DNA of 42,801 bases, from positions 1 to 42,801 of the forward strand of contig JAOZFH010000048.1 in assembly GCA_027491415.1 (NCBI GenBank). The letters run 5' to 3'. The notes under the pieces were generated by a model, which was given only the letters and a program-made list of their open reading frames with translations, had not been told where the DNA came from and made no database searches. Of this stretch, positions 10,860 to 20,297 are shown piece by piece; position 1 is the stretch's first letter; each line of letters opens with the position of its first letter. A program made the translations under genes and the position numbers. The stretch comes from Thermoproteota archaeon. Lineage in GTDB: Archaea > Korarchaeota > Korarchaeia > Korarchaeales > Korarchaeaceae.

Positions 10860-11888
10860 TTGGGGCTGCCGCTGGCGAAGCTTGTGAAGGCCAAGAAGAT
10901 ATCGTTCAGCTCACTCTCGGGTAAGGCACTGGCGATAGACGCGTTCAACGCGATCTACCAGTTCCTCGCCCTCATAAGGAGGGGCTCCGGCGTTCCCCTG
11001 ACCGACAGCCATGGGAGAGTGACGTCGCACCTTAACGGACTCCTCTTCCGGACCGTGAGGCTGATCGAGCTCGGGATAAGGCCCGTCTATGTGTTTGACG
11101 GACCTCCGCCGGACTTCAAGCGAAGGACGCTGGAGGAGAGGCGGGCCATCAAAGAGAAGGCCGAGAGGGAGTGGGTGGAGGCCCTCGCGAGGGGGGACTT
11201 CAGGACCGCGTGGGCCAAGGCCGTCCAGACCAGCAGGCTCACGCCCTCGATGGCCGACGACGCGAAGAGGTTGCTCGACCTCATGGGGGTCCCCTGGGTC
11301 CAGGCGCCCCGCGAGGGGGAGGCCCAGGCGGCGCACATGGCGGCGAGGGGGGGCGTGTGGGCCGCGGCCAGCCAGGACTACGACTCCCTGCTCTTCGGCT
11401 CTCCGAGGCTGGTCAGGAACGTCACTATAACGGGGAAGAGGTACTACAGGAAGAGACCGGGCTACTACAGACTCGAGCCGGAGCTGATAGTGCTGGAGGA
11501 TCTCCTGAGCTCGCTGGGTGTCACGCGGGAGCAGCTCGTCGACATGGCCATCCTAATGGGGACGGACTACAACGAGGGGGTCAGGGGAATCGGCCCGGTC
11601 AGGGCCCTGAAGCTCATCAGGGAGCACGGCTCCCTCGAGAGGATCATAGAGGAGACCGGGCTGAGGCCGGACCCCGACTTGGACTTGGAGGCCATCAGGA
11701 AGTTCTTCCTAAATCCGCCCGTGACGGACGACTATCGCCTCGAGCGGAGGCCCCCGGACGAGGAGGGGCTCCTGCGGTTCCTCTGCGATGAGAGGGACTT
11801 CTCCAGAAGGAGGGTGAGGTCCGCCATAGACAGGCTCAGGGCGGCGACCACCCCTGAGGGCGGGGGCTCCTTAGAGGACTTCTGGTGA
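10860..11888 (+). CDS. fen: Flap endonuclease 1
   Basis: AIDAFNAIYQFL, TSHLNG, VFDG, EGEAQAA, SQDYDSLLFG, GTDYN, PIP-like SLEDFW; start 10848 or 10860. Confidence 0.97.
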   Translation: MGLPLAKLVKAKKISFSSLSGKALAIDAFNAIYQFLALIRRGSGVPLTDSHGRVTSHLNGLLFRTVRLIELGIRPVYVFDGPPPDFKRRTLEERRAIKEKAEREWVEALARGDFRTAWAKAVQTSRLTPSMADDAKRLLDLMGVPWVQAPREGEAQAAHMAARGGVWAAASQDYDSLLFGSPRLVRNVTITGKRYYRKRPGYYRLEPELIVLEDLLSSLGVTREQLVDMAILMGTDYNEGVRGIGPVRALKLIREHGSLERIIEETGLRPDPDLDLEAIRKFFLNPPVTDDYRLERRPPDEEGLLRFLCDERDFSRRRVRSAIDRLRAATTPEGGGSLEDFW

Positions 11889-12140
11889 CCCTCCCCCGAC
11901 GGGCGGGAAGAGGGCGAACTCGTCCCCCTCGTTCAGCTTCTCGTGGGGCTTCGGCCACCTACCGCCCTTCATGAGGATGTAGTCCTCGTTCTCAATCCTC
12001 CTTCCAAGCTCAGGGTGCCTCCTAGAGATCTCCTCCAACATGTCGGCTACCGTGGCTCCGTCCGGGAGGTTGAGGGCCACCTCATCGCTCCCCGCAATCT
12101 CTCGGAAGGACATGTACAGTTTGACCTTCACGAGCGGCAT
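11871..12140 (-). CDS. moaD: MoaD/ThiS/SAMP ubiquitin-like sulfur carrier with C-terminal extension
   Basis: VKVKLYMSFREIAG...LNEGDEFALFPPVGGG followed by SPEVL; divergent from aor. Confidence 0.88.
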   Translation of the reverse strand: MPLVKVKLYMSFREIAGSDEVALNLPDGATVADMLEEISRRHPELGRRIENEDYILMKGGRWPKPHEKLNEGDEFALFPPVGGGSPEVL

Positions 12141-12265
12141 CCCACCACCCCGTTATCCATCTGGGAATAACGCCTCTGATATTTTCTGTTAAATTCTTTT
12201 AGAGATAATCTTTTTTGAATTTTGCGTGGACGGACTCCCCAGCCCAATCGGCGGGAGGTGCTGTT

Positions 12266-14134
12266 TTGCCGCCCGGTGGCTATATGGGCAGGTTCGTGAG
12301 GGTCAACCTCACGGAGGGGAAGGTCCGGGTTGAGAACCTCTTCGACTACCTTCCGGAGAGCGTCCTGAGGCAGTGGATAGGGGGCAGGGGCCTGGGAGTC
12401 TACCTCATGCTGAAGGAGGTCGATCCCAAGGTAGACCCCCTCAGCCCCGAGAACAAGGCCTTCGTCATGACTGGACCCGTGACGGGCATCGAGGCGGGCC
12501 TCGAGGCCGGGAGGTGGTGCAGCGTCACCAAGTCGCCGGAGACCAACACGGTCCACGACTCCCAGTCCGGCGGGAAGTTCGGCCCCTACCTCAAGTTCGC
12601 GGGCTTCGACTTCGTGGTGCTGGAGGGCGCCTCCGAGGAGCCCGTCTACCTGTACCTAGAGAACGGGAAGGCCGAGCTGAGGGACGCGAGGGACCTGTGG
12701 GGCCGGGACACCCACGCCACCACCAGGATCCTGATGGAGAGGCACGGCAAGGACATCTCGGTCGCCACCATAGGGCCTGCCGGGGAGAACCTGGCGAAGA
12801 TAGCGTGCATCATCAACGAGGAGGGTAGGGCCGCCGGAAGGGGAGGGCACGGGGCCGTCTGGGGCAGCAAGAAGTTCAAGGCCATCGTGGCGAAGCCGGG
12901 CCTCAAGCCCCAGCCCGCGGACCCGGACAAGCTCAAGGAGGTCATAAGGGAGGCGCTCGAGAAGAAGAAGGCCAGCGGCGTCACCAACGAGGCCCTGCCA
13001 GCCTATGGGACCGCGGTCCTGGTGAACATAATCAACGAGGCTGGCATATTCCCGACCAACAACTTCCAGTACGGCCAGTTCGAGAAGGCCAAGGAGATAA
13101 GCGGAGAGACCATCGCCGAGAAGATCCTGGTGAGGAAGCAGCCGTGCTGGGGCTGCGTCATCGCGTGCGGTAGGTACACCAAGATCGGCTGGCCGCCGTT
13201 CCAGGGTGAGGGAGACGGCCCGGAGTACGAGACCGTCTGGGCACTGGGCGCCAACGTCGGCGTGGGGGACCTGGGCGCCGTCGACAAGGCAAACTTCCTC
13301 TGCAACGAGCTGGGCCTCGACACCATAAGCATGGGCAACGCAATCGCCGTGGCCATGGAGCTGTACGAGAAGGGCTACCTGCCGAAGGAGAAGCTCGAGG
13401 GGGTTGAGCTCAAGTTCGGCAACGCCGGGGCGCTGGTCGAGGCCGTCTGGCGCACCGCCTACCGCTCCGGAATAGGGGACGACCTGGCCGAGGGTGGCTA
13501 CAGGCTGGCCAAGAAGTACGGACACCCGGAGATAGCCCCCCAGGTCAGGGGACAGTGCCTGCCGGCCTACGACCCGAGGGGAGTGCAGGGGCACGCGCTC
13601 GCCTACGCCACCAGCAACAGGGGAGGCTGCCACCTGAGGGCCTACCTGATCTCGCCCGAGATCCTGGGGGTGCCCGAGAAGCTCGACCCGTACACAACCG
13701 AGGGCAAGCCCAAGTGGGTCAAGGAGTTCCAGGACGTCTTCGCCGCGCTGGACAGCATGGTTGTCTGCAAGTTCACCACCTTCGCCTACTGGGCCGACGA
13801 CCTGGCGAAGCAGCTCTCCGTCGTGACCGGCTGGGACGTCACCGCCGAGGAGTTCGCCACCATAGGGGAGAGGATCTACAACGCAGAGAGGGTGTTCAAC
13901 GTGCTCGGCTTCGGCGACGGCGAGGAGTACGACAGGCTGCCGGAGAGGTTCACCAAGACCCCGATGCCGGCCGGGCCGAGCGCGGGCCACGTGGCCAAGA
14001 TAGACGAGATGCTCCCCGAGTACTACAGGCTCAGGGGCTGGGTCAAGGGCAGGCCCACCAGGGAGACCCTCGAGCGCCTCGGCCTGAAGGAGTTCGCTGA
14101 CAGGCTCGAGTCCGAGGGACTCCTCCCGTCCTAA
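12266..14134 (+). CDS. aor: Tungsten-containing aldehyde:ferredoxin oxidoreductase
   Basis: IGGRGLG, AAGRGGHGAVWGSK, CWGCVIAC, GPEYET, GLDTIS, YDPRG, RGGCH, EYYRLRGW; TTG after GGGAGGTG. Confidence 0.96.
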   Translation: MPPGGYMGRFVRVNLTEGKVRVENLFDYLPESVLRQWIGGRGLGVYLMLKEVDPKVDPLSPENKAFVMTGPVTGIEAGLEAGRWCSVTKSPETNTVHDSQSGGKFGPYLKFAGFDFVVLEGASEEPVYLYLENGKAELRDARDLWGRDTHATTRILMERHGKDISVATIGPAGENLAKIACIINEEGRAAGRGGHGAVWGSKKFKAIVAKPGLKPQPADPDKLKEVIREALEKKKASGVTNEALPAYGTAVLVNIINEAGIFPTNNFQYGQFEKAKEISGETIAEKILVRKQPCWGCVIACGRYTKIGWPPFQGEGDGPEYETVWALGANVGVGDLGAVDKANFLCNELGLDTISMGNAIAVAMELYEKGYLPKEKLEGVELKFGNAGALVEAVWRTAYRSGIGDDLAEGGYRLAKKYGHPEIAPQVRGQCLPAYDPRGVQGHALAYATSNRGGCHLRAYLISPEILGVPEKLDPYTTEGKPKWVKEFQDVFAALDSMVVCKFTTFAYWADDLAKQLSVVTGWDVTAEEFATIGERIYNAERVFNVLGFGDGEEYDRLPERFTKTPMPAGPSAGHVAKIDEMLPEYYRLRGWVKGRPTRETLERLGLKEFADRLESEGLLPS

Positions 14135-14154
14135 GTCTCCCCACCCCTCCTCCC

Positions 14155-14159
14155 TTTTT
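14155..14159 (+). terminator. Oligo-T terminator after aor
   Basis: Pyrimidine tract ending TTTTTA about 20 nt after the stop. Confidence 0.45.
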
Positions 14160-14278
14160 ATCCGAGCCTACCACGCCCGAGACACGCGGTTAGTGGCCAG
14201 GTCGGGCTGTCCAGAAGGGTTTTAAACAAAGGCCCTCCTGCCCGGCCCCTCAGTGAGGGAGATGCCCCGCCAATATCG

Positions 14279-15229
14279 GTGGACTGGCGCGAGGCCGGCG
14301 TCCTGAGGAGGGTCCTGCTCAGGGCCCTGAATGGAAATCAGGCGCTGATCCTCCTTCGGGCCTCGAAGTCCCTCAACAGGTCTCTCACCTCTCTCCTGAG
14401 GGATATATCGGCTGACCACGGGGTGCCGCTGTCTACCCTGAAGCTGAACGCCAAGATCCTGCGGGAACTTGGTCTCCTGGACTACGACAGGGGTCAGAGA
14501 CCCGTCAGGCTGACTAGCGCCGGCAGGAAGGTCGTGGAGATACTCTCTCACGAGGGGGATCCGCTCACCGGGCACGTCTATTCTCTGGCCTCTAGACTCG
14601 GACCAGGCCATCTCCACTCATCTCTCACGTGCCTTCAGATCCTCAAGGCTGTGTTCTCCATCAAGAGAGACTCAGACGTCGTGGTGCTCAGCAAGGGACA
14701 CGCCGCCCCGGCCCTATACTCCATACTCCTGGAGCGAGGCTGCGTGTCCGAGGAGGACCTCAGGGGCGCGGGAGAGCCCGACTCCAGGCTGCAGGCCCAC
14801 CCGGAGGCCGGCCTCCCAGAGGTGCTGGTCTCGACCGGCTCCCTCGGTCAGGGCCTCTCCATAGCCAACGGCGTGGCCATTGCGGCCAGGATCGACGGTC
14901 TGGATAGGAGGGTCTTCGTCGTCCTGGGAGACGGCGAGCTGGACGAGGGGCAAGTCTGGGAGGCCGCGGCGACGGCCTCGGCGCACGGGCTGAGCAGCGT
15001 GGTAGCCGTGGTGGACAGGAACGGAACCCAGCTCAGCGGAAGCACGGAGGAGGTGAAGCCCAAAGAGCCCCTCAGGGCCAGGTGGGCGGCCTTCGGCTGG
15101 GAGGTGGTCGAGACGAGCGGCCCCGTGAGGTCGGCCCTGGAGGAGGCGGTGAGGAGGGCCGAGTCCTCCGGAAGGCCCGCCGTGGTCATAGTCCACACCG
15201 GGGGTGAATCCGGTGCTGGGGCCTCTTGA
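14279..15229 (+). CDS. Fusion of a winged-HTH regulator (about 90 aa) and transketolase N-terminal subunit
   Basis: RALNGNQALIL...PLSTLKLNAKILRELGLLDY...VRLTSAG then GHLHSSL, LSKGHAAPALY, STGSLGQG, GDGELDEG...DRN with no stop between. Confidence 0.88.
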   Translation: MDWREAGVLRRVLLRALNGNQALILLRASKSLNRSLTSLLRDISADHGVPLSTLKLNAKILRELGLLDYDRGQRPVRLTSAGRKVVEILSHEGDPLTGHVYSLASRLGPGHLHSSLTCLQILKAVFSIKRDSDVVVLSKGHAAPALYSILLERGCVSEEDLRGAGEPDSRLQAHPEAGLPEVLVSTGSLGQGLSIANGVAIAARIDGLDRRVFVVLGDGELDEGQVWEAAATASAHGLSSVVAVVDRNGTQLSGSTEEVKPKEPLRARWAAFGWEVVETSGPVRSALEEAVRRAESSGRPAVVIVHTGGESGAGAS

Positions 15230-16157
15230 GAGCTTCAGGGAGGGGTTCGGCGCCGCGCTGGCCGACGCCGGTGAGGCCTTCAGCGACCTGGTGGTCGTGG
15301 ATGCGGACATGTCCAACTCCACGAGGACCGTAGATTTCGCCAGGAGGTTTCCCGAGAGGTTCATACAGGTCGGGATCAGCGAGCAGGACGCCGTCTCCAC
15401 GGCGGCAGGGCTGGCGGCCGCCGGGAAGATCCCCGTCTTCGCCTCCTTCGCGATGTTCCTCCTGAGGGCTTGGGAGCAGGTCAGGAACACGGTAGCGAGG
15501 GATCGCCTAAACGTGAAGCTGGTTGGGACGCACTCGGGCTTCTCGGATCACCTGGACGGCTCCTCTCACCAGTGCCTGGAGGACCTGGCGCTGATGAGGG
15601 TCCTCCCGAACTTCACGGTGGTCGCCCCGGCGGACGTGACGTCCACCAGAGAACTCCTGTTTCAGGCCATAGAGCTCAGGGGTCCGGTCTACATGAGGAT
15701 AGGCAGGGACAACGCCCCCCGGGTGTACGGTCGAGGGGCGGGTCTGGCGCTGGGGAGGGCGGAGGTCCTCAGGGACGGGTCCGACGTCACCATCGCGGCG
15801 TGCGGGGTCGCGGTATGGCTGGCCCTGGCGGCCGCCGAGGAGCTCTCGCGCAGGGGCGTCGAGGCGAGGGTGCTCGACGTGCACACGCTGAAGCCGATGG
15901 ACGAGGGGGCCGTGCTGAAGGCAGCCTCCGAGACGTCGGGGATCGTAACCGTGGAGGAGCACAGCGTGCTAGGGGGGCTTGGGGGTGCTATCGCGGAGGT
16001 CCTGGCCGAGAGGATGCCCACCAGGGTGATCAGGATCGGCGTCCGCGACGCCTTTGGGAGGACGTCCAGGGACTACCGGAGGCTCCTCGAGATCTACGGC
16101 CTGACCCCGGAATCAGTCGTCAGGGCCGCGGAGGCGGTGGCTCATGCTCCTGACTAG
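15204..16157 (+). CDS. Transketolase C-terminal subunit
   Basis: [44 protein letters not shown]. Confidence 0.95.
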   Translation: MNPVLGPLESFREGFGAALADAGEAFSDLVVVDADMSNSTRTVDFARRFPERFIQVGISEQDAVSTAAGLAAAGKIPVFASFAMFLLRAWEQVRNTVARDRLNVKLVGTHSGFSDHLDGSSHQCLEDLALMRVLPNFTVVAPADVTSTRELLFQAIELRGPVYMRIGRDNAPRVYGRGAGLALGRAEVLRDGSDVTIAACGVAVWLALAAAEELSRRGVEARVLDVHTLKPMDEGAVLKAASETSGIVTVEEHSVLGGLGGAIAEVLAERMPTRVIRIGVRDAFGRTSRDYRRLLEIYGLTPESVVRAAEAVAHAPD

Positions 16158-16950
16158 CAGGGAGCGCAGGGACAGGACGGTCGTCGAGGTCCGCGGGGTG
16201 AGGGTCGGGGAGGGCTTCGTGGTGATAGCCGGGCCGTGCTCCGTCGAGAGCTTGGGTCAGCTCGAGGAGGTGGCGGCGGCCGTCAAGGAGTCTGGGGCGG
16301 ACATGCTCAGGGGAGGCGCGTTCAAGCCCAGGACGTCTCCCTACTCGTTTCAGGGGCTCGGAATAGAGGGCCTCAGGCTCCTCAGGCGGGTGGGGGACGA
16401 GTACGACCTCCCCGTGGTGACCGAGGTGATGGACCCGCGGCACGTGGGGCTGATCTCAGAGTACGCCGACGTGCTCCAGGTTGGGGCCAGGAACATGCAG
16501 AACTTCCCCCTCCTGAGGGAGCTCGGTAAGGTAGACAGGCCCGTCCTGTTGAAGAGGGGGCCCTGGGCCACCCTGAGGGAGTGGCTGATGGCCGCAGAGT
16601 ACATCCTGGCGGGGGGCAACGAGAGCGTCATACTCTGCGAGAGGGGCATCAGGACCTTCGCGGACCACAGCAGGTTCACCCTTGACATCTCGGCCGTCCC
16701 GGCCCTGAGGGAGCTGACCCACCTGCCGGTGGTGGTGGACCCGTCTCACGCGGCCGGCAGGAGGAGCCTGGTTCCCCCGCTGGCCCTGGCCTCCCTCGCC
16801 GTCGGGGCCGACGGGATAATGGTGGAGGTGCACCCAAGGCCTGAGGAGGCCCTCTCGGACGGGCCTCAGAGCCTGACAGTAGACGGGTTCAGGAGTCTGA
16901 TGGAGGTGCTCTCCGATTGGAGATCGAAGATCCGATTTCGGGCAGGATAG
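16144..16950 (+). CDS. aroF: DAHP synthase, type I-beta (no regulatory domain)
   Basis: [52 protein letters not shown]. Confidence 0.96.
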   Translation: MLLTSRERRDRTVVEVRGVRVGEGFVVIAGPCSVESLGQLEEVAAAVKESGADMLRGGAFKPRTSPYSFQGLGIEGLRLLRRVGDEYDLPVVTEVMDPRHVGLISEYADVLQVGARNMQNFPLLRELGKVDRPVLLKRGPWATLREWLMAAEYILAGGNESVILCERGIRTFADHSRFTLDISAVPALRELTHLPVVVDPSHAAGRRSLVPPLALASLAVGADGIMVEVHPRPEEALSDGPQSLTVDGFRSLMEVLSDWRSKIRFRAG

Positions 16951-17966
16951 TGCTGAGAAGGGGATCCCTGGCGGACCTGGCGAGGGAGATTGAGAAGCTC
17001 TCCCCTCAGGGGGCCCTCGTCTTGGCGGACAGGGGCATAGAGGACTCGTGGCTGTCTCACGTGGAGAGGGCGCTCGACGGCGCGGGGGTGGAGCACGTGG
17101 TCATGAGAATGGGGGGCGAGTCCTGCAAGAGCCTCGAATGGGCCAAGGCCGCGTGGGAGGCCATGGCGGACATGGGCCTCGGGAGGAAGTCGGCCACGGT
17201 AGGGGTCGGAGGCGGGGCGGTGTGCGACCTGGCGGGGTTCGTCGCCTCCACCTACATGAGGGGCACGCTCTTGGCGCTGGTCCCGACTACCCTCCTGGCC
17301 CAGGTCGACGCCTCCATCGGGGGCAAGAACGGAGTGAACCTGACGGGCAAGAACCTGGTTGGTACGTTCTACAGGCCAGACCTCGTCCTGATTGACCCAG
17401 ACACGCTCTCCACTCTCCCCAGGGAGGAGATGGCCAGCGGGCTAGCGGAGGTGGTGAAGTGCGGGGTGGCCTGCGATCCCCCCCTCCTCTCGCTGGTCGA
17501 GTCGGTGGGGGCCGGGCTGCTCGACCCCAGCAGGGAGGAGCTGGATCTAGTCATCCAGCGGGCTGTGGCCGCCAAGGTCTCGGTCGTCAGGCGGGACTGG
17601 AGGGACTTAGGCCCGAGGATGAGGCTCAACCTGGGTCACACGGTGGGCCACGCGATCGAGGCCGTCTCCGGCTACTCCATCAGGCACGGCCACGCCGTAG
17701 CGATAGGCCTGGTGGCGGCCTGCAGGGTGGCCGAGAGGCTGCTGGGATTCGAGCACGCCGAGAGGGTCGAGAGGCTGCTGGCCAGGCTGGGGCTCCCGAC
17801 GGGGCTCCCCCTCCCCCCGGGTGAGGTGGTGAGGGCGGCCCTCCTGGACAAGAAGTCCTGGCTGGGGAGGCTCGCGATGGTCCTGCCGGAGGACCTGGGG
17901 AGCGCGACCGTGCGGAGAGTTCCGGAGGAGGTTCTGCTAGAGGTCCTGGAGGGGATGGCCAATTGA
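16917..17966 (+). CDS. aroB: 3-dehydroquinate synthase
   Basis: [59 protein letters not shown]. Confidence 0.96.
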   Translation: MEIEDPISGRIVLRRGSLADLAREIEKLSPQGALVLADRGIEDSWLSHVERALDGAGVEHVVMRMGGESCKSLEWAKAAWEAMADMGLGRKSATVGVGGGAVCDLAGFVASTYMRGTLLALVPTTLLAQVDASIGGKNGVNLTGKNLVGTFYRPDLVLIDPDTLSTLPREEMASGLAEVVKCGVACDPPLLSLVESVGAGLLDPSREELDLVIQRAVAAKVSVVRRDWRDLGPRMRLNLGHTVGHAIEAVSGYSIRHGHAVAIGLVAACRVAERLLGFEHAERVERLLARLGLPTGLPLPPGEVVRAALLDKKSWLGRLAMVLPEDLGSATVRRVPEEVLLEVLEGMAN

Positions 17967-18625
17967 TATGCGTCTCGATCGGAGCCAAGACCGTAAGAGA
18001 GTTTCTCTCCGCCGTGGAGGCCTCCAAACCATACGCGGAGCTCTTCGAACTCAGGGCAGACCTCCTGGAGGAGTTTGAGGGTCTGGACAGGCTGTCTGAA
18101 CTGAGGGACTCCCTGGTGGTGACCGTCAGGAGGATGTCGGACGGGGGAGCCTTCTCCGGCCCCGAGGACAGGAGACTGAGGCTCCTGACCAAACTCTCGG
18201 CCGAACTCAGGCCCCTGTGCGTGGACCTAGAGATCGACGCTGGCGGGACGGAGGTCATCAGGACGCTCAGGCGGCTGGGGGTCGGGCTGATAGCCTCACA
18301 CCACGACCTCTCCCAGACCCCCGAGATAGAGGAGCTCAGGTCACTGAGGGAGAGGGCCCTCAGGCTCGAGCCCCACGCGGTCAAGCTGGTCACCACGGCG
18401 GGTGTTTGGAGGGACAACCTGACCACCCTGCGGCTCGTGGCCGAGTCCAGGGGGGTGGTCTCCTTCTGCATGGGCCGGCTCGGCCTCCCCTCCAGAGTTC
18501 TGGCTCCAATGGCGGGGGCCCCCTTCACTTACGCCTCCGCCCCCGGGTTCGGCGAGACCGCGCCGGGACAGCTGGACGCGAGGAGGCTGAAGGAGGTATG
18601 GGCGCTCCTCGGATTTGGAGGGTGA
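17963..18625 (+). CDS. aroD: Type I 3-dehydroquinate dehydratase
   Basis: ELRAD, TVRRMSDGG, IASHHD, VKLV, FCMGRLGLPSRV, TAPGQL. Confidence 0.93.
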   Translation: MICVSIGAKTVREFLSAVEASKPYAELFELRADLLEEFEGLDRLSELRDSLVVTVRRMSDGGAFSGPEDRRLRLLTKLSAELRPLCVDLEIDAGGTEVIRTLRRLGVGLIASHHDLSQTPEIEELRSLRERALRLEPHAVKLVTTAGVWRDNLTTLRLVAESRGVVSFCMGRLGLPSRVLAPMAGAPFTYASAPGFGETAPGQLDARRLKEVWALLGFGG

Positions 18626-19470
18626 ACTCGGAGACGAGGGTGTACTGCCTGATCGGGGGGAGGGCAAGCAGGTCGGCCAGCCCCTCCATGCTCAACTCGG
18701 CCTTCAGAGAGCTGGGGCTCGACTGCGTCTACGTCTCCTTCGACGTGCCCAAGGGGGAGCTGAGCGAGGCCGTTGCCGGGATCAGGGCCCTGGGGATAGA
18801 GGGGGCCAACGTCACCACCCCGCACAAGACCGAGGCGGTCAGGCTACTCGACGGCCTGTCGGCGGAGGCTGACGCGGCCCAGGCAGTAAACGTGATTAAG
18901 AACGCCTCTGGAAAGCTTAGAGGATTCAACACGGATGGGAAAGGGGCCGTCAAGGCCCTAGAGAGGGTGACCGATGTCGACGGCGGCAAGGCCGTGGTGA
19001 TCGGCGCCGGGGGAACCGGGAGGGCCATAGCCCTCGCCCTGGCCAAGCGCGCGGCGGACGTGGCCCTGGCGAACAGGAGCTTTGAGAAGGCGGAGGCCGC
19101 GGCGCGTCGGTTCGAGGAGCTGGGCGTCCGCGTCAGGCCCCTGCCTCTGAGCCCACCGGTCCTGAGGGAGGAGCTCAGGGACGCGGACATCTTGGTGAAC
19201 GCCACCACCCTCGGGTCCCCTCCCCTCGAGGACGTCAGCCCGGTGCCCTCCGGGGCGCTGAGGCCTGGGCTGACCGTACTCGACGCGGTCTACAACCCCC
19301 TCAAGACGAGGCTCCTCAGGCAGGCTGAGTCGGCGGGATGCAGGGTGGTCGACGGGGTTTGGATGCTCGTCTATCAGGCTGCAGAGGCCCTCAGGATATG
19401 GGCTGGGATCTCAGACCCTCCTCTGAGGGTCATGAGGCAGGCCGCCCTGGACTGGGTGGTGGGAGGATGA
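18622..19470 (+). CDS. aroE: Shikimate dehydrogenase
   Basis: SASPSM, GANVTTPHK, AVN, NTDG, GAGGTGRA, NAT, DAVYNP, MLVYQA; GTGA overlap with aroD. Confidence 0.95.
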   Translation: MNSETRVYCLIGGRASRSASPSMLNSAFRELGLDCVYVSFDVPKGELSEAVAGIRALGIEGANVTTPHKTEAVRLLDGLSAEADAAQAVNVIKNASGKLRGFNTDGKGAVKALERVTDVDGGKAVVIGAGGTGRAIALALAKRAADVALANRSFEKAEAAARRFEELGVRVRPLPLSPPVLREELRDADILVNATTLGSPPLEDVSPVPSGALRPGLTVLDAVYNPLKTRLLRQAESAGCRVVDGVWMLVYQAAEALRIWAGISDPPLRVMRQAALDWVVGG

Positions 19471-20297
19471 CGGAGGGATTTGGCGAGGCCTTTGGGGCCG
19501 TTACCGTGGTCAACGCGATCCCCGCCTGGAGGGGGGCCGCGATCGGAGTGGACCTCCGCGTGGAGGTGGAGCTCAGGCTCCGCCAACCGGGTGACGTTGA
19601 GGTCCGCTCGACCGTGAGGGGGGAGAGCATGCGCCTGGGCGGGGAGCTGGTGGAGGCCCTACTGAGAATCCTCTCAGACAGGTTCGGGGTAGACGCCGGG
19701 CTGGAGGTCGAGATCAGGTCCGAGATACCGGCGGGGGTTGGGCTGAAGAGCAGCAGCGCGGTCTCAAACGCCCTGGCCGCCGCGGCGGCGGACGCCCTGG
19801 GGCTGGGGCTGGGCCCTCTGGAGGTCGTGAGGCTCGGCGTGGAGGTGTCCAGGCTGGCCGGGGTTACGGTGACAGGAGCTTTCGACGACGCCTGCGCCTC
19901 GATGCTGGGAGGGCTCTGCGTAACCGACAACAGGAGGCTCCTGCTGGTCAGGAGGATGCGCGTGGGGGGCGGCCTGCGTGCGGTGATGGGGGTCCCCCGC
20001 GAGGCCAGCGGCCCCGACATCACGAGGTTGGACTCCGTCAGGGATCACGTGGAGGCCGCCTACGGGCTGGCCCTCGAGGGTGACTGGAGGCCGGCCATGC
20101 TGCTCAACGGGGTCGCCTGCGCCTCGGCCCTCGGCTACCCTCTGGAACCTGTGAGGCTGGCCCTTCAGGCGGGGGCAGAGTCTGCTGGCCTCTCGGGCAA
20201 GGGACCAGCCGTGGCGGCCATATGCCAAGACCCAGACACCGTCGCGGAGTCCTGGGGCCGACTGGAGTACGAGGTGATCGAGGCGGGGGTGAGGTGA
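19467..20297 (+). CDS. aroK: Archaeal (GHMP-type) shikimate kinase
   Basis: GAVTVVNAI, IPAGVGLKSSSA, TGAFDDACAS, TDN, LSGKGPA; ATGA overlap. Confidence 0.95.
   Translation: MTEGFGEAFGAVTVVNAIPAWRGAAIGVDLRVEVELRLRQPGDVEVRSTVRGESMRLGGELVEALLRILSDRFGVDAGLEVEIRSEIPAGVGLKSSSAVSNALAAAAADALGLGLGPLEVVRLGVEVSRLAGVTVTGAFDDACASMLGGLCVTDNRRLLLVRRMRVGGGLRAVMGVPREASGPDITRLDSVRDHVEAAYGLALEGDWRPAMLLNGVACASALGYPLEPVRLALQAGAESAGLSGKGPAVAAICQDPDTVAESWGRLEYEVIEAGVR

Noticed and set aside
12656-13990. 444-aa minus-strand ORF and many other long antisense or alternate-frame ORFs
   Set aside because: Shadow frames of well-supported genes caused by high GC3; no recognisable motifs
18217-18621. Apparent N-terminal extensions of aroE (and likewise aroK, aroA, the maturase, malic enzyme and the 28819 NifX ORF)
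   Set aside because: They overlap upstream genes or promoters; internal starts with SD or stop-start overlaps give normal lengths
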